Origin: Blastocatellia bacterium
Lineage (GTDB): Bacteria; Acidobacteriota; Blastocatellia; UBA7656
Direction of reading: 5' to 3'
Length of the DNA: 51,586 bases
NCBI GenBank assembly: GCA_049273835.1
Contig: JBASRM010000547.1
Coordinates: forward strand, 1 to 51,586
The translations under genes were made by a program, and so were the position numbers. Under the pieces are notes generated by a model. It saw only the letters and a list, made by a program, of their open reading frames with translations, was not told the origin of the DNA and did no database searches. Below, one piece after another: positions 51,565 to 51,586 of this stretch (positions are counted from its first letter, which is position 1; each line of letters opens with the position of its first letter).

Positions 51565-51586
51565 TACTCAGAACGCTACTCAGAAC
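51543..51586. repeat. 12-nt tandem repeat ctcagaacgyta, at least 3.7 units, truncated by the window end
   Basis: ctcagaacgtta ctcagaacgtta ctcagaacgcta ctcagaac. Two units also occur at 51457-51480. Confidence 0.85.

Noticed and set aside
51407-51586. Possible CRISPR array at the window end
   Set aside because: There are only two long (72-nt) units separated by a 14-nt spacer. The units contain internal 12-nt tandem repeats and an inverted-repeat junction, and no cas genes are present. This architecture does not fit CRISPR repeat/spacer geometry.
1-51586. Search for mobile elements, prophage genes, restriction-modification systems, toxin-antitoxin pairs, cas genes or named anti-phage systems
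   Set aside because: No transposase, integrase, recombinase, methyltransferase, nuclease-helicase or cas-like motifs were recognised in any long ORF. The window reads as core chromosome with embedded accessory genes.

Overview
This is a GC-rich, densely coding 51.6-kb chromosomal segment. The gene content looks Acidobacteriota-like (inference only): CarboxypepD_reg-fused TonB-dependent receptor, many secreted peptidases, Reg_prop/Y_Y_Y sensors. I support about 33 protein genes.

Housekeeping genes: glyQS, a CCA-adding enzyme, feoAB, recG, queG and an RluD-type pseudouridine synthase.

Envelope and secretome genes: TonB, marR-BON-htrA, and M28, M64 and M36 peptidases.

Accessory content:
- The most unusual feature is a two-gene minus-strand operon (12895-19100). 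A 1393-aa transmembrane protein carries a periplasmic double beta-propeller/Y_Y_Y sensor joined to a cytoplasmic STAND-like P-loop ATPase. It is followed by a 652-aa protein with a paralogous ATPase module fused to a complete Hanks-type Ser/Thr kinase. I do not recognise this wiring as a named signalling or defence system.
- A minus-strand amino-sugar/peptidoglycan-fragment salvage locus (30056-40027) holds a SIS isomerase, a BadF-type sugar kinase, an SSS transporter, an AmiE-like beta-lactamase-fold::NamZ (DUF1343) fusion and a TonB-dependent receptor.
- A stand-alone ClpB-D2-like AAA+ ATPase sits behind a ~520-nt ORF-free leader.
- An 819-aa metallophosphoesterase has a polytopic membrane C-terminus and is followed by a degenerate, truncated GGDEF remnant.
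- A PLL-type lactonase homologue is also present.

Non-coding oddities:
- Short direct repeats plus a strong bidirectional terminator at 29.86-30.04 kb.
- Two identical 72-nt palindrome-containing repeats with 12-nt tandem repeats running off the window end.
- A structured 270-nt leader at 11.9-12.1 kb.
- A degenerate tRNA-like segment near 50.1 kb.

I found no rRNA, canonical tRNA, CRISPR array, transposase or integrase. All family calls rest on motif recognition by eye and no searches were run.
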